From Rhodosorus marinus CCMP1338 (lineage: Eukaryota > Plantae > Rhodophyta): a DNA stretch of 64,000 bases. Below the pieces are notes generated by a model, which was not told the DNA's origin, searched no databases, and saw only the letters and a program-made list of their open reading frames with translations. Shown here in pieces: positions 41,760-54,200 of the stretch (position 1 is its first letter; the number at the start of each line of letters is the position of its first letter). Position numbers and translations under genes: made by a program. The stretch covers positions 124,001 through 188,000 of the forward strand of contig JAMWBK010000005.1 of assembly GCA_029953675.1 (NCBI GenBank). Direction: 5' to 3'.

Positions 41760-41982
41760 TATTTGGGTTCATGGACTCTGTTGGTTCTCGCTGGCTTCGG
41801 GAGTTGTTCCGCGAACGCCCTGACCGTCTTCAATCGTTGTTTACCCGCTTAAGTTTCCTGCTGTGGCGCATGAATGCCGCTTTGATGTTGGAGGCGCGAG
41901 TACTTCGCCGCGCTTAGTCTTTTTTTCCCCTCGGGGTTTTTTTTTTTTTTTTCAGCCTCCGATTAAACCATTCATTCATTTA
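41760..41982 (+). mobile_element. Young family-B 3' fragment
   Basis: Essentially identical to the B 3' end, longer poly-T, tail CCATTCATTCATT. Confidence 0.85.
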
Positions 41983-42334
41983 TTGAAACAGGCTGTTTTG
42001 GAGCTATAGTTGGCCGGGCTGTATTTGTTTTTGTCTCGTCGGCCGCTATATAGGATCACGTAATGTACCGCTATGGATCAAATATTCAGGTAGGGTTGAG
42101 AAGCCATGAGAAGTAAAATGCGTGATTCCGGCTTGTAAAGTCTCTGGTCAACGCATTCAGCCCATGCCCGGGAGCGGAGTTGTTTCCCCATGACTATTGA
42201 ACTCGACCGCTTGCATGCATTAGGTTGCCAAGAACCATATCAGAAATAGAATAATCCGTCCTGGAACACCACGCTTCACATTCAACCATAGATTCATTCT
42301 CGTCACTTTCACACGAAGCCGACTAGCGGTGGTT

Positions 42335-42620
42335 TTACTAGTACAGCCTGAAGCGTACTCATGGCGCAAAAAGGGAATTATGAACTATGGAAAAAGCGCC
42401 AGCACCAGACGGCGGAGGCGCGCCTCGGCGAGCACGCTGCTAGAATATCGCCAGAGAGCAATACTTAAACGGCGTAGGGGTCCGCAGGTACTCAACACAA
42501 GCACTTTCACCAAAACCCGAATAGCAAATTTCGGTGTTATGTTGTTTGAGCGCAAGGACAATCTTGGCTCACTATTTTTCCGTGATGCTTTCACGTTACT
42601 TCCACCGCTATCCCCCGCTT
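42335..42620 (-). mobile_element. Degenerate family-C 3' fragment
   Basis: RRLSIALWRYSSSVLAEARLRRL and ttttactagtacagcctgaagcg. Confidence 0.7.
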
Positions 42621-43000
42621 TCCAACCAGGGTCTACGCGGTTTCGACTCGCCTTTCAATGCGCCACGCCCCTCATTCATCACGCTTTTCCTTACAGAGGG
42701 TACTCGCTAGAATTCTATCGTGATGGAAGAGTTGGGCGAGGACCTCAAGCAGTGCGTCCCTGTCCGTCAGACTACCCCCCCTCCCAAACCCGCACAAAAG
42801 ACGGGAAAAAACGCAGATGGCAGAAATCCCGCGCCTGAAACATCAAAGCATCGTGCGCCCCAACACAGAACTGAGCGGTGAGGGGCGGAGACGCACATTG
42901 TCCGTGGTGGTCAACATATGAGCCTAGGTATCAATCATTCAGTCTCCTTATCACAAACTCAACAAACCCAAGGCTGGGGTAACCCCGTAACCCCAAGGGA

Positions 43001-43155
43001 AGGGTTGTGCAAGTGGGTCGGAATTTTGCCAAGTGGGTCGGGATTACGGGATTTCGCTGTTTACGACCCACCCCTCCTTAAACCCCCCTGTTTTCGCGGG
43101 TTTAACCACTTCCGGGTCGTAAACAGTGAAAAACCCGACCCACTTGGCACAACCC
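43001..43155. mobile_element. MITE with long TIRs AGGGTTGTGC(C)AAGTGGGTCGG
   Basis: Ends are inverted: ...GGGTCGTAAACAGTGAAAAACCCGACCCACTTGGCACAACCC; related copies at 50372 and 51131. Confidence 0.75.
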
Positions 43156-44304
43156 CGGTATTAGTAGTGCCATACGAGTCCCAAACAGCGCGCGACATTC
43201 TAGCTAGAGGCTTATGTAACCGGTGGCTTGCCATCTCCAGCTCGGCTTCCACGCATTACGCGCCCTGCATAATCGCTCAAGGCTATGATGGTAAAATCAC
43301 CCTACTGTCCGCTAGGGCTCATAACGCTTTACATCACCAAACGCCGTCTACGCATTGGTGAGGAGCGGTCCTGTATTGCTTGACAAACTTCTTGATTCAT
43401 GTTCTGGTTTCAGTGCTCTTCAGATATCAAGCACTTGCAAAGGGGGGGTAAAAGCATCGCAGTTTGTTCACGCGTTCGCCCTGAAACAATCCAGATCTCG
43501 CAACCGGGGGGTGTGAAGGTGGCGAATTCGAAGGCTTTCGAAGGTGATCTGCCCGCAAACGCGCGACAGGACTTGATTCACGATTTGTGTAGTATGTATG
43601 AGCGGAAGCGCGTAGATGTTTACGTTAGTCTGGCTCACGCGGAAGCGCGTAGCCGTTTCATCCGGAAGGCGGCACGCTTTCCGAGGGCAGTTTGGTGTCG
43701 GAAGTTGTGTCCATGAGTTGAATGAACTACGATTCTACCTTACATAGTACATACAGCATCGTCAGCGAAGGTTTTACATCCCAAAAGTGATAAACACATC
43801 ATCTTCATTGATGGAGGCCACGCGACGTCTCCACAGCTGATGGCAGAACTTGTCATTAGACGAAGGAGAAGTGATGTCAGGATAGATTAAGGATGATCAG
43901 GGCATTTCAGGACTGAAAAAAACTTCATTTCTGGTTTTGGAATGCTAGCTTTTATGTCCTTGATCCAATTCAATTGGGAGACGCCGCATAAAGCAACCAT
44001 GATCACATGGTTGCTTTACCTTGGGACGGACCGTACGTTGCCATGCGGACAACCACGTGATTTATCGTCATGGTTCATTGCTAAGCCGGGCAATCTTTGT
44101 GTGAAAGGCGAGGGGCGGGCCATGAGCGGTGTAGATATCAACACTGAATTATCGGAGCGTTCTTTCAACTGTACCCTTTCAGTGAAGGAATGACTTCTTG
44201 GAGGACAGGTCAAGTGAGGAGTACATTAGACCAACTCGGATAGTGATTCATTGCTGCAGCACCCTGAAGAGAATCGTAACAGACGTAATATGTCGGAGCG
44301 GATT

Positions 44305-47300
44305 GTTGCAGCGCTACGCAAACCGTGAAAAGGAACTAAGAACTAGGTAGGGAAGCGTGCAAACCCAGGCGCCGATGGCGCACCTCTGCAAGCATGCTGC
44401 TCGAATATCGCCACAGAGAGACACTTAAACGCCGCAAAAGTATGTAGCAGACAGGATGTTAGCGAGGGATATCATTCTAAGCGTCGGTTGAGCCTTTCTA
44501 GATGACTCAAACTTTCATGGAATACCCCCGCTGCGAGCTATCCACCGAGAAGAACCTCATCCTCATCCTCGGGAAAGCGAGGTTGTTTCCCGCGTATGGA
44601 ATCTATTATCTCGTCTGCATACAGTAGATTAATAATGGTTTAATTATTCAGATTAATAATAAAACCGATTAATAAGTGTGAATACGTAGAAAACGCTGAA
44701 CTATGGGTGGTTTTACTGAACTATGGGAGAGTTTGTAAACCCAAGAAAGGGTGTTTTGCACCCCGCGACCGCGCGTGCGGAGACGCGACTCCCAGAGCTC
44801 GGTTTATCATCAGGAGGATCGCGAGGGACCTCTCCTCAGCAACCACAGGATCAAACACGGCAGGTACACGACTTTCGGGTCGCGGGGCCGCGAACCCGCA
44901 AAAAAAGGGCTCGCCAGCCAGCCAGGCGTGGCTGCAGGTCAGCAGGGAGACTAGTACAGGATGACATCGCCGATTGGAGCAAAAATTAATCACGGGCACT
45001 TTCAGGGACACTAGAATGTATGTCATCACTGGAAAGACTTACCTCCAAATTTCGGAAACTGGACACACGCAACGCTGTCAAGCAGCTCGGTTACAGAGGC
45101 CTAGACCGCCCAGACGTAGAGGGAGGCCCACTTGGGCACGAACCATATCACGGGTCTATGATGCTCTGCAACAGGCGTTCAGTAAGTGCAACGCCGTGCC
45201 GGACGAGAGCCGATCCCTATTTCACTCCTGAAGGAGCTCTTATGGGGACGAACTGAGGCGATCGCGGATTCTCACATCGACAGTGTACTCGCCGACGAGG
45301 GGGAAGCTAGCCCCGGGTCACCGGTTGCCGACTTCCCAGGTCTGAGCCGATTGTGGAGCTCGCGCGCTGATGTGATTCAACATAGTCTCACCTGGGGCCA
45401 ACTCAGTGCCGCTCACGCAATCTTGCTCAACTCTCCCCTGACAGCGCCTACCACCGCCGCTCGCCTCCGAAGCATGGGAGGCAACCTGTCGCACCTGTGG
45501 TTAACTACGCTGCCTTCGTCACTGGGTCACCGTCTCGACGCCTTTCAGTTTGTGTGAAGGAACGACGGTATGCTGAGATTATGGCCAGTCTGCCTCGCGC
45601 TGAGGGTCACTCCCACCGGTTCCAGCCTTTCATTGTGGAAAGCTTTGGTCACGTGGAGAAGTCGGGTTTGGAGTGGTTGCGGAAATGTTTCACTGAGCAT
45701 CCTGTTGAATACTTGGAACTTTTGCGGCGTTTAAGGGTCTCTCTGTGGCGATATTCGAGCACGTGCTTGCCGAGGTGTGCCATCGGCGCCTGGGTTTGCA
45801 CGCTTCCTTACCTAGTTCTTAGTTCATTTTCACGCTTTGCGTAGCGCTTTAGGCTATGCTAATAAAACTTCTTAGGTTCGTGCGGACTGTTGAGAGGTCT
45901 TCGTACGAGGCGTCACACTCGCTTCAAGTACATTCTCAGCGAATGTTTGACTCGGGTAGGGCATACGGTTGAGGTGGAATCGGAACTACCCAGGTCGGTC
46001 CTGGATAGGGCACCGCCCCGCTGTATCGCAGATCTCCTTGTCTCCGATGCTGCCGCCAGACGCTCAGCATGTGTTGACCTCGCGATTTTTTTTTTTACAT
46101 GCCCTGTGTCAAGCGCCCATCTCACGGCTGCCGCCCGCAGCCGGGGAGCAGCTGCTTTGGCCCTTCGCCGAGTGAAGGGACGACGGTATGCTGAGAGTAT
46201 GGCCAATCTGCCTCGCGCTAAGGGTCGCCCCCACCGGTTCCAGCCTTTCTTTGTGGAATGCTTTGGTCACGTGGAGAAGTCGGGTTTGGAGTGGTTGCGG
46301 AAATGTTTCACTGAGCATCCTGTTGAAAAAAATACTTGGAACTTTTGCCGCGTCTAAGCCTCGACCGAGTTCTTGCCGATGACGGAGAGGCTAGCCCTGG
46401 GTCACCTGTCGCAGACTACCTGGGTTTGTGCCAATTGTGGAGCTCCCGCACTGATGTGATTCAACATAGCCTCACCTGGGGCCAACACAGTGCCGCTCAC
46501 ACAGTCATGCTCAATTCTCCTCTCACGCCGCCTACCACTGCCGCTCGTCTCCGCGGCATGGGAGGCCATCTCTCGCACTTGTGGTTAACCACTCTACCGT
46601 CGTCATTGAGTCATCGGCTCGATGCTTTCCAGTTCCGTTCTGCCGCACTGATCTATCTCCGTTTGCCACAGGCTCCGTGGCACTCTAATCGGCCGTCTTT
46701 CTGTCAGGGATGTGAGAGTCGGATTGACGCTTGTGGCTACCACTTCCTGGGTTCCTGCGGACTGTTGGGAGGTCTCCGTACGAGGCGTCACACTCGCCTC
46801 AAGTACATCCTCAGCGAATTTTTGACTCGGATAGGGCATACGGTTGAGGTTGAGTCGGAACTGCCCAGATCAATCTCAGACTCTGCACCGCCCCGTTGTA
46901 TAGCCGATCTCCTCGTCTCCGACGCTGCTGCCAGACGCTCAACATATGTGGACCTTGCGATTACCTGCCCCGTGGCCAGCGCCCACCTCACCGCAGCCGC
47001 CCGCCGCCGGGGGGCCGCGGCTTCAGCCCTTCGAAGAGTTAAGGAACGACGGTATGCTGAGAGCATGGCCAGTCTGCCTTGCGCTGAGGGTCGCTCTCAC
47101 CGGTTCCAGCCATTCATTGTGGAAAGCTTTGGTCACGTGGATAAGTCGGGTTTAGAGTGGTTGCGGAAATGTTTTGCTGAGCATCCTACTGAATATTTGG
47201 CGCTCTTGAGGCGTTTAAGTGTCTCCCTTTGGCGATATTCCAGCCACATGCTTTCCGAGGCGCGCCATCGGCGCCTGGGGTTGCGTGCTTCCCTCCCTAG

Positions 47301-47360
47301 TTATTAGTTCATCTTCACGCCTTGCGTAGCGCTTCAGGCTATGCTAGTATGCTAGTAAAG
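44305..47360. mobile_element. Stack of family-C fragments (plus 45147-47360; minus 44305-44460) and a diverged B-like fragment (minus ~44700-45145)
   Basis: ORF 46336-47307 is an intact C-terminal CCHC/RLE; its 3' ~530 bp are the near-identical reverse complement of 14222-14760. Confidence 0.8.
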
Positions 47361-47379
47361 TCCAGTAAAGTCCAGTCCA

Positions 47380-48070
47380 GTATAGTCCAGTCTCAGAGCA
47401 GAACGGAATAGAGCTGGTTGGGTGTTCAGTTCTTGAGAGGGGAGATGTGCAATCTCCTCCAAGAGCTTGGCGTGGGTATTTTGGAGCCGACGCAGGGCTT
47501 CTTCCACGTAGTGCCGAGTACCAATCGGGATAGAGTGGATGGTCACGCCTTCTACGGAAACTTGCACAGCTGCGGTATCTCGTGCGACCAGGCGCGCGGA
47601 CTCGAGATGATACCCGAAGAGTGAGCGGTTGTAGCTGGGCTCCGAGGGTCGGTAGAGTAGTCTGGCTCCAGAGTAGTGCTGCTTTCAGGGTCTGCAGGGG
47701 TCCAACCAGCCTGATATCATCATGTATCGCGACTATGGTCAGGTGGGGGAATTGGCTCCGGAGCGCTTCCAGAAATGGTGCCAGGGATAGGGCATGTAGG
47801 GCAGGTCCTAGAGGGTCCCCTTGCTGTACCCCGGTGGTCGCCTGCAGGTGTAGGCGGTCTTTGCTCAGGTGGCCTTCCTTGGCTTTGGGACGCCAGCCCA
47901 AGAGCGTAGCGGACCCTCCGGGGTTGCCTCTTGGTATTCTGAATGCAGGAGAGTCTGTTCCTATACGAAGCTGCGAGTGTGGAATCTGTTTGCACACCGT
48001 TTTCATGGTAGTGCCGTGTCGATTCTTACCTGCTCCTACAGCTGTGGTTTGCTCCTACAGTTGAGGCGGA
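47380..48070 (-). mobile_element. Family-D-like RT fragment
   Basis: LQATTGVQQGDPLGPALHALSL, AIHDD; ends at the ETRLDY-equivalent codons where family C joins. Confidence 0.8.
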
Positions 48071-48335
48071 CGAAGGGAACCATGGCCGTTTTTTTTGCTT
48101 ATCCGAGCAGAGCAACTCTTTGGACATGACTGCTCTATGGACTAGGAAGAGAAAGATTACCCGTTGGAGATCCGCCAGGAAGTTCGTTCTTAAATGGAGC
48201 GAAAAGTTCTCCTAGCGGCTCTCTGCTCGGCTAGCTGACACTTGGGAGAAACATGTTCTGATCAAAGGGTACACGTCCGGTCATGGAAGCCTTTGAGGAG
48301 CCAGTTGTTTTATCTGTTTTGTACAATTCCATTGT

Positions 48336-49772
48336 CTACCGGACCTTCGTAAACTTGAACAAGTTGGTGGGATCTAGCTCACTTTTGATCGTGGCAATGC
48401 GCTCTTTGGCAGTGTCTGCGTACGCAGACTGTTTCGATTCTTCTTTGAAGTTCACGTTATCCAGGTTTGTGTACACGGAGGGTTTAAAAATCGGAACCAC
48501 ACCGCCTACGAGTGTTTCTCTTACCCATATTTTGGCCTTCTCGTATGCGTCTGAGTTCTCTACCTTGTCCTCTACATGGCATCCAGCAAGGCATGTTATT
48601 CTGCTCTCCCGAAGAGAGGTGCAAGCTGTTCTCCCAATGGGCACTTCGGTGCAAGCCTTTCCACTGGCAAGTAGAACAATTAACGCCTCCTTCGGTTTTT
48701 CCTCCAGTGCGGTCTCAGTTAGAGTTCGTACAGTCCCAGGACGGAATAAGGCCTCCTCATTGGCTGCTCGCATGGAAAGATAGTAACGGTGACCTTTGGG
48801 GAACATTGGTGTGTGAACGGCTTGTATGCCGATCCAATCCAGAGCGTCACAGGTATCAACTGTTGGGGGAAGAATGTCAGTGAACTCCTTGAGGAATGCT
48901 TCTCCGTCCGCCGGATTCCCGACCCAAACGTGTTGCATCAAGAGCACAGGAGCGCCGCCGAAAGGCGGTGGGTTTCCAAATGCGAACAATGGTTGAGTCT
49001 CCACTGGTAGTTTCTCAGAGTCTACCATCTGCAAGTACTTCTCCAGAATCGAGACAATAGGGTCGACAGTTTCTCCAGTAAGAGCCCACATCACGAGACC
49101 AGCGTGACCATGCACTTTCTTCTCATCCTTCTGAAAAATTTCAAGAGTGTGCAGCTTAAGCTTTAGTCGTAGAACTACACCGAGGTTCCATCCAGCTCCG
49201 CGAGCCACCCACATCTTCTCAGGATCGGTCTTATCGTCAATGTACAAGTGCTCGCCTGACGGAGTGACAACCTCGACGGCTAGAAGATTGTCCACGCTCA
49301 GGCCATGCTTTGGAGAGAGGTACCCAACCCCCCCCCCAAGTGTGAACCCAGCAACTCCTGTGTCGTAGTACTGCCCGGTTACTCCCGCTAAATCGTGTGT
49401 CACAGCCTCTTGGTCAAGATCGAAAACTATCGCGCCGGCTTCTACCCACGCGGTCTTCTCTTTCGGATCGACGTTGATGGATCTCATAAGCCTCATGTCC
49501 ACGACGAGATCTCCGGACATTGAAGCGTTGTTGAACATGTGACGCCCACCAGCGACGGATACGGACAAGTGGCGACCCCTCGCAAAGTTCAGCGCTAGTT
49601 GAACATCACGTGCGCCAAGCACTTGTACAATAACAAACGGGGAGGCCCTTGAATCATGGTTGAAGCACTCAGTCGCTTCAAAATACTCCTCTGCATCCGA
49701 CCGGAACAGAATTTTGCCACGAATAAGCCGTTTCAGCTCATCAACATCAGCCCCGACGAATTCACTATCCAT
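48336..49772 (-). CDS. FAD-linked oxidase, berberine-bridge-enzyme/VAO-like family
   Basis: FAD_binding_4-like motifs VSVAGGRH, VEAG, TGVAGFTLGGG.GYLS.KHGL.VDN; C-terminal YTNL...DPTNLF BBE motif; intronless. Confidence 0.9.
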   Translation of the reverse strand: MDSEFVGADVDELKRLIRGKILFRSDAEEYFEATECFNHDSRASPFVIVQVLGARDVQLALNFARGRHLSVSVAGGRHMFNNASMSGDLVVDMRLMRSINVDPKEKTAWVEAGAIVFDLDQEAVTHDLAGVTGQYYDTGVAGFTLGGGVGYLSPKHGLSVDNLLAVEVVTPSGEHLYIDDKTDPEKMWVARGAGWNLGVVLRLKLKLHTLEIFQKDEKKVHGHAGLVMWALTGETVDPIVSILEKYLQMVDSEKLPVETQPLFAFGNPPPFGGAPVLLMQHVWVGNPADGEAFLKEFTDILPPTVDTCDALDWIGIQAVHTPMFPKGHRYYLSMRAANEEALFRPGTVRTLTETALEEKPKEALIVLLASGKACTEVPIGRTACTSLRESRITCLAGCHVEDKVENSDAYEKAKIWVRETLVGGVVPIFKPSVYTNLDNVNFKEESKQSAYADTAKERIATIKSELDPTNLFKFTKVR

Positions 49773-50371
49773 ATGTCCGACACAAGCAGCGACAACACGA
49801 GATTATTTCTGGGGTGGGGGGTCCAGTAAAACGTTCGCGGTCAAGTTCGTTTTCTCAAAAGTTCCTATCTATTCGTACTCGTAGCAGTTGCGTCTACACC
49901 AAGTCCCGCGAGACCTACGCCCTCCTCGCTGAGGCGGTTTCATTTATATAGCATTGGCTGCGGAAAAGTTCTAGTGCAAAGCGGGTCTTGCCGAGTAATC
50001 ATACCTTCAGGCATCTGCAAGTACATCAACACATACCACCACATAGGTAGACTTGGTGCCGCCCTAAACTTCAGAGACGTTGAGCTAATCTCCTTTCCTC
50101 CGGCCTTCTAAGGCAGGGGTTGAGCTACGTCTCGGCTTTCCGCCGTATCGAGGCTTGAAAAAGTTCAAACGCATTGTTTGCTTTTCAACTCTTTTTTTTA
50201 GCGCAAAATATTAACAGTAAGCATACCGCGACCGGTAGCCCAAGCACAGCCCTACTGGAGCCCAAGCCCACACAAAATGGTTTCTGATCTGCAGAGTTTT
50301 GGGACAGTAAAATGCCATGAATGCGCTGGTCAGGGGTACCCGAGGGCGGGGGGTTTTGGGTATGTTTAGAG

Positions 50372-50515
50372 TAGGATTGTGCCAAGTGGGTCGGGTTTTT
50401 CGCTGTTTACGACCCACAAGTGCTTAAACCCGCGAAAACAGGTGGGTTTAGAGGGGTAAACAGTGAAAAACCCCGACCCACTCCGCAAAAACCCGATCCA
50501 CTTGGCACAACCCTA
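50372..50515. mobile_element. MITE copy 2
   Basis: TAGGATTGTGCCAAGTGGGTCGGG...CCACTTGGCACAACCCTA. Confidence 0.75.
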
Positions 50516-50559
50516 CTCATTCACTTAGAGCGCCTTGAGTGAGTTTTCGTTTGCGCTTA

Positions 50560-50605
50560 GCCCTACCGCTGCCGAATAAAGCCTACGGGTTAGGCTAGTC
50601 TGGGG
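50560..50605 (+). mobile_element. Relic family-G 3' tip with a degenerate telomere-like unit
   Basis: gctgccgaataaagcctacgggttaggctagtctgggg, cf. 27411-27448. Confidence 0.65.
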
Positions 50606-51130
50606 TGTCCTGACAACAGTTGGAGGTGCGAGCAACTCATAAAGGTACTGTCCTGTTCCTACGACCTGGGAGCCCGAAGAGCTCTAACAAAAAACGTAAA
50701 TTATTTTAGTGGTGAAGGAAAACCTTTTTGGGCCCTGTCTGCTTGACATGTTGAATCAGACAGTGTTCGGACAAGATCACGCAATCCGATAAAACGAGAT
50801 ATCCACAAGATGGATCGAAACCCAAGTGATGTTGCCTTTTTTTCAGCTTTTGCTGAGTGATTGGGCTCCTATGGTAAAAGCATCAAACGAATAGGTATCA
50901 TTATATTTTTGAAGTATTTTCGGAGCTCCAGACGGACAATAAATTTTCCTAAATAAATCAACTGTCTTAGACGAATCAGGTTGGACTTTCCGGTCGACTA
51001 GACCACTTAATAGCTTCGCACTAGAGAGCATATTGCGTTGGCTGGAAGTGGCAATAAACGGCTTGCTTAGTTCCATTTTCAAGGTCCACGCTCACCCAGC
51101 CCAAGCCAGGGGACTTAGGGTTACTATATC

Positions 51131-51203
51131 TAGGGTTGTGCCAAGTGGTTGCGAAAACCCAACTCACTTGGCCGGAAAAAAAGACCTACTTGGCACAACC
51201 CTA
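51131..51203. mobile_element. 73-bp minimal MITE
   Basis: TAGGGTTGTGCCAAGT...ACTTGGCACAACCCTA flanked by a (A)CTATATC duplication (7-9 bp, boundary ambiguous). Confidence 0.75.
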
Positions 51204-51210
51204 CTATATC

Positions 51211-54200
51211 TAGGGTTGTCATCACCGTCCGATAAAAAATCGTCCGATTGCATCCGATAAACAATTAAATATCTTACAGTAGTCTATCCACTTCAAAATT
51301 GTCGGACCGTCCGATAAACGTTATCAGAATCCCCATGACAGCACAAAGGTTGCTGGAGCCAAAATCAATGCCGACTGGTACTTTCAATAGACCAGTATTT
51401 ATCCTGCAGAGAAGAAATACGGTAGGAATCGAGCTGGAAGCGCTTACGTGTTTTTTTACTGATTTTCATAAATGCAGCTGTTTTGGCATCAAAACACCTG
51501 TATTTATTCCGAGAACAAATACCGCTATTTTGCGAAACGGAATGGCTGATTGTACCTGAATAAATACACCTATTCTGAAGCAGAATCGAGGGTACGATCA
51601 GAATGAAAACCGCTCTATTCTGCAACGGAATCGAGCTGCTAAGGAAAAATTACCGCTTGAGGTGCTTGAATATCTTATCTGCATGCCATTCAACAACTGG
51701 CTGTTCCATTGTTATGTATAATACGTCTATACGAAAATAGGCAATTCTGCCGTCAGGCCACCATAAGATACAGTGTAAGAAAGAGTAAAAAGTGGAAAAA
51801 ATGGTCAAAATGGGAAAACAGGCAAATTGCAAAATTCTCAAGACAGTGCACACATAGAATTGGAGTCCTCCCCCGGGGGAGGGGTATTTTGTAACTGCCT
51901 TGAAAAGGCTACGGGGTTAAAACCTCTTGCCACAATCAGCCGCCTTCCTAACTCAGTTTTTTGCCAGCCGCGATGAGGAACAAGTGCATGCTTGCTTAGA
52001 GCTGGCTTCCCCATACTTTAGAGGAGGCAGCATTCCATCAAAGCGTAGTTGGATCAAGCCAACGGTAACCGTAGAACTGAACAGAGCATACCAATGCCTT
52101 CAACTCTCAAACGCTGCACGGACTTCCATCGTGACTTCGAGCGATACTCCATCCGTTAGTAGTTCCGTCAATGGGGATGTCAGGGACGAAAAGTTATGAT
52201 GAATCCCAGGAAATATGCCAATAGTCCGCTATGCGTGCAGGTCAGCTTCAGGGTTCAAGGTAGGGCTAGTTTCCTTACGGCCTCGTTGTTTTATTCCTTA
52301 ATGGCGCCGATACATCCTCCCACTATCCGGAATCCCAAATATGTAGCACCCCTGAGAAACAGCTCCGTCTTCATCAGGTGCAGTACAGTTCGTAAATGCC
52401 AAGTTACGCAAAAACATTGAAGAAATGGTGGTGCGTGCTCTGCTTCGGTTTTGCAGTAAACCAGAATATCGCCGAGGAAGATGACATCAAACCTGCCGAT
52501 GACAGGGTTCATATTGACGAATTCAGACGAGGAAAGTATGTGTTACAACAGTAGCAGCAAAATTCCATGTCCTGAGGCTGCGCGATAACTTCCCAGTCCG
52601 CCAACATCGTGGCGCTGCCACAACTCCCCGAAAGAAGGTCACAGTTCAATGCGACAACTGAAGGAGTTCGTCGTGGTTTTCAAAATGCTCCCGACCTTCT
52701 TGACAGCCTCCTCAAGGAGTTGCCTGTGCTAGCGCTCGAACGCTGGCTTGTTGTAGGACGCACGGTGTCCGGCGTCTCTCTTTACTCAAGAGTAAGTAGG
52801 CTACGCATAAACGTATGATTAAAGGCAGAAGTAGAGAAACACAAGAAATAAACATCTATTGGAAAAAGCAAATTCCAAGTGTTCGTATCGATTATTAGTC
52901 GGTGGACGATATGCTTCTCCCGGAGGAATGGACATCGGTCCGAAGCGCTTGCTCTCGTGGGTTCGAGCACACAGACTACGGTAGCGTACCGTACAATAGG
53001 GATCGAATTTCGTTATTCTTCATTTCACACCCCCACCCCACCTCCCTACCCCCACTGCTAAAGAAGGAAGGCTACCTTCGATCTCCCTCTCTTTTTGTTC
53101 TGTAGGCAAACCTAGCCGCAACACAGCGTAGCAGCTAGGATACTAAATCGACGGTGCTCTAGATGCGAATGCTCGGTACTAAAGTTCTCTGAATTACACC
53201 GAGTGGGCGACGAAATTGATTGAGTTGTTTTGTGATGCAAACAGTCGGGCCTCACTTTCTCTGTCTACAAAAACCGCACCGTTGAAGGATTCCGCGAGTA
53301 CTAGCTCACCATAAGCATTAGCAGGAGCTACCAGACTCCCTTTTTGGGAGACCACCATTTCCGACCTTTTTTCCTCTTTTTTTAGAACACGTACAATTGC
53401 TACAGATTTTGAAATCTTGGCCTTCGTCAATTTTCGGAATCAAAAGGGCCAGAATCGAAATATGATAATTGCGAGCCTCAGATGGAACATGAGTATTGTG
53501 TGGGCCAAAACGAATGCAGCTTCCAGGAGCCCAGAATTGATAGACATCTAGATTGTTCCTGCCCTCCGATAACCTTTGCCAAGCTGGAGATGCAAAATAC
53601 CTAAGTGGCTTGCTTTGGCTCCTTGCCCATTGGCTAAAAACTCTTAATGCGCACCGAGCGTTTCTTGCGCTTTTACGACCTGTACGTAACAAAGTTGGTG
53701 CTTCGAAAGAAAGACTGCCTGCTCTAAGGACAATTAATTGCCGAATACTGCGCTCCACTGCCGTGTGAAGCCCACGACGTGGTGGCAGCCACGTAGCCTA
53801 TACGTTCCCGTTCAATCATTTTAACATTTTCGTGGCGAGAATGGCCACACCATTGCCAGAGGTTAGAAGCCACCGCCAGCAGGCTGGGCTCGTTACTTTG
53901 GTTGAGTATGGTTTCTTCAATTTGCCTGTAAAAACAAGGGTTGCCAACTGTTTTCATATTTTGGGGATCTCCAAATTCATATCACCGAAGTCGTAACTAA
54001 TTTTTCCAGAAAACACAATGGCTTGCAGGATTAAGAGGGATGGAGCATGCGTGTTTATTCTATTTTTCACAAGAGATCCTCTTAATCACAATTTTTTTTG
54101 GTCTCGTTTCACCTACTGCCCCCCAGTTTCTGTTTTATTCAAGAGACTGTGTATGTCTGGTTGGGTGTCATCTCCGTCTGATAAAAAACCTTCCGATTGC

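Noticed and set aside
50730-50850. ClpB/torsin-like fragment (LNQTVFGQDHAI)
   Set aside because: Short, followed by a stop, no Walker A motif.
53194-53758. Possible gene or transposase in ORFs 53194-53430 and 53318-53758
   Set aside because: No recognisable motifs; left unannotated.
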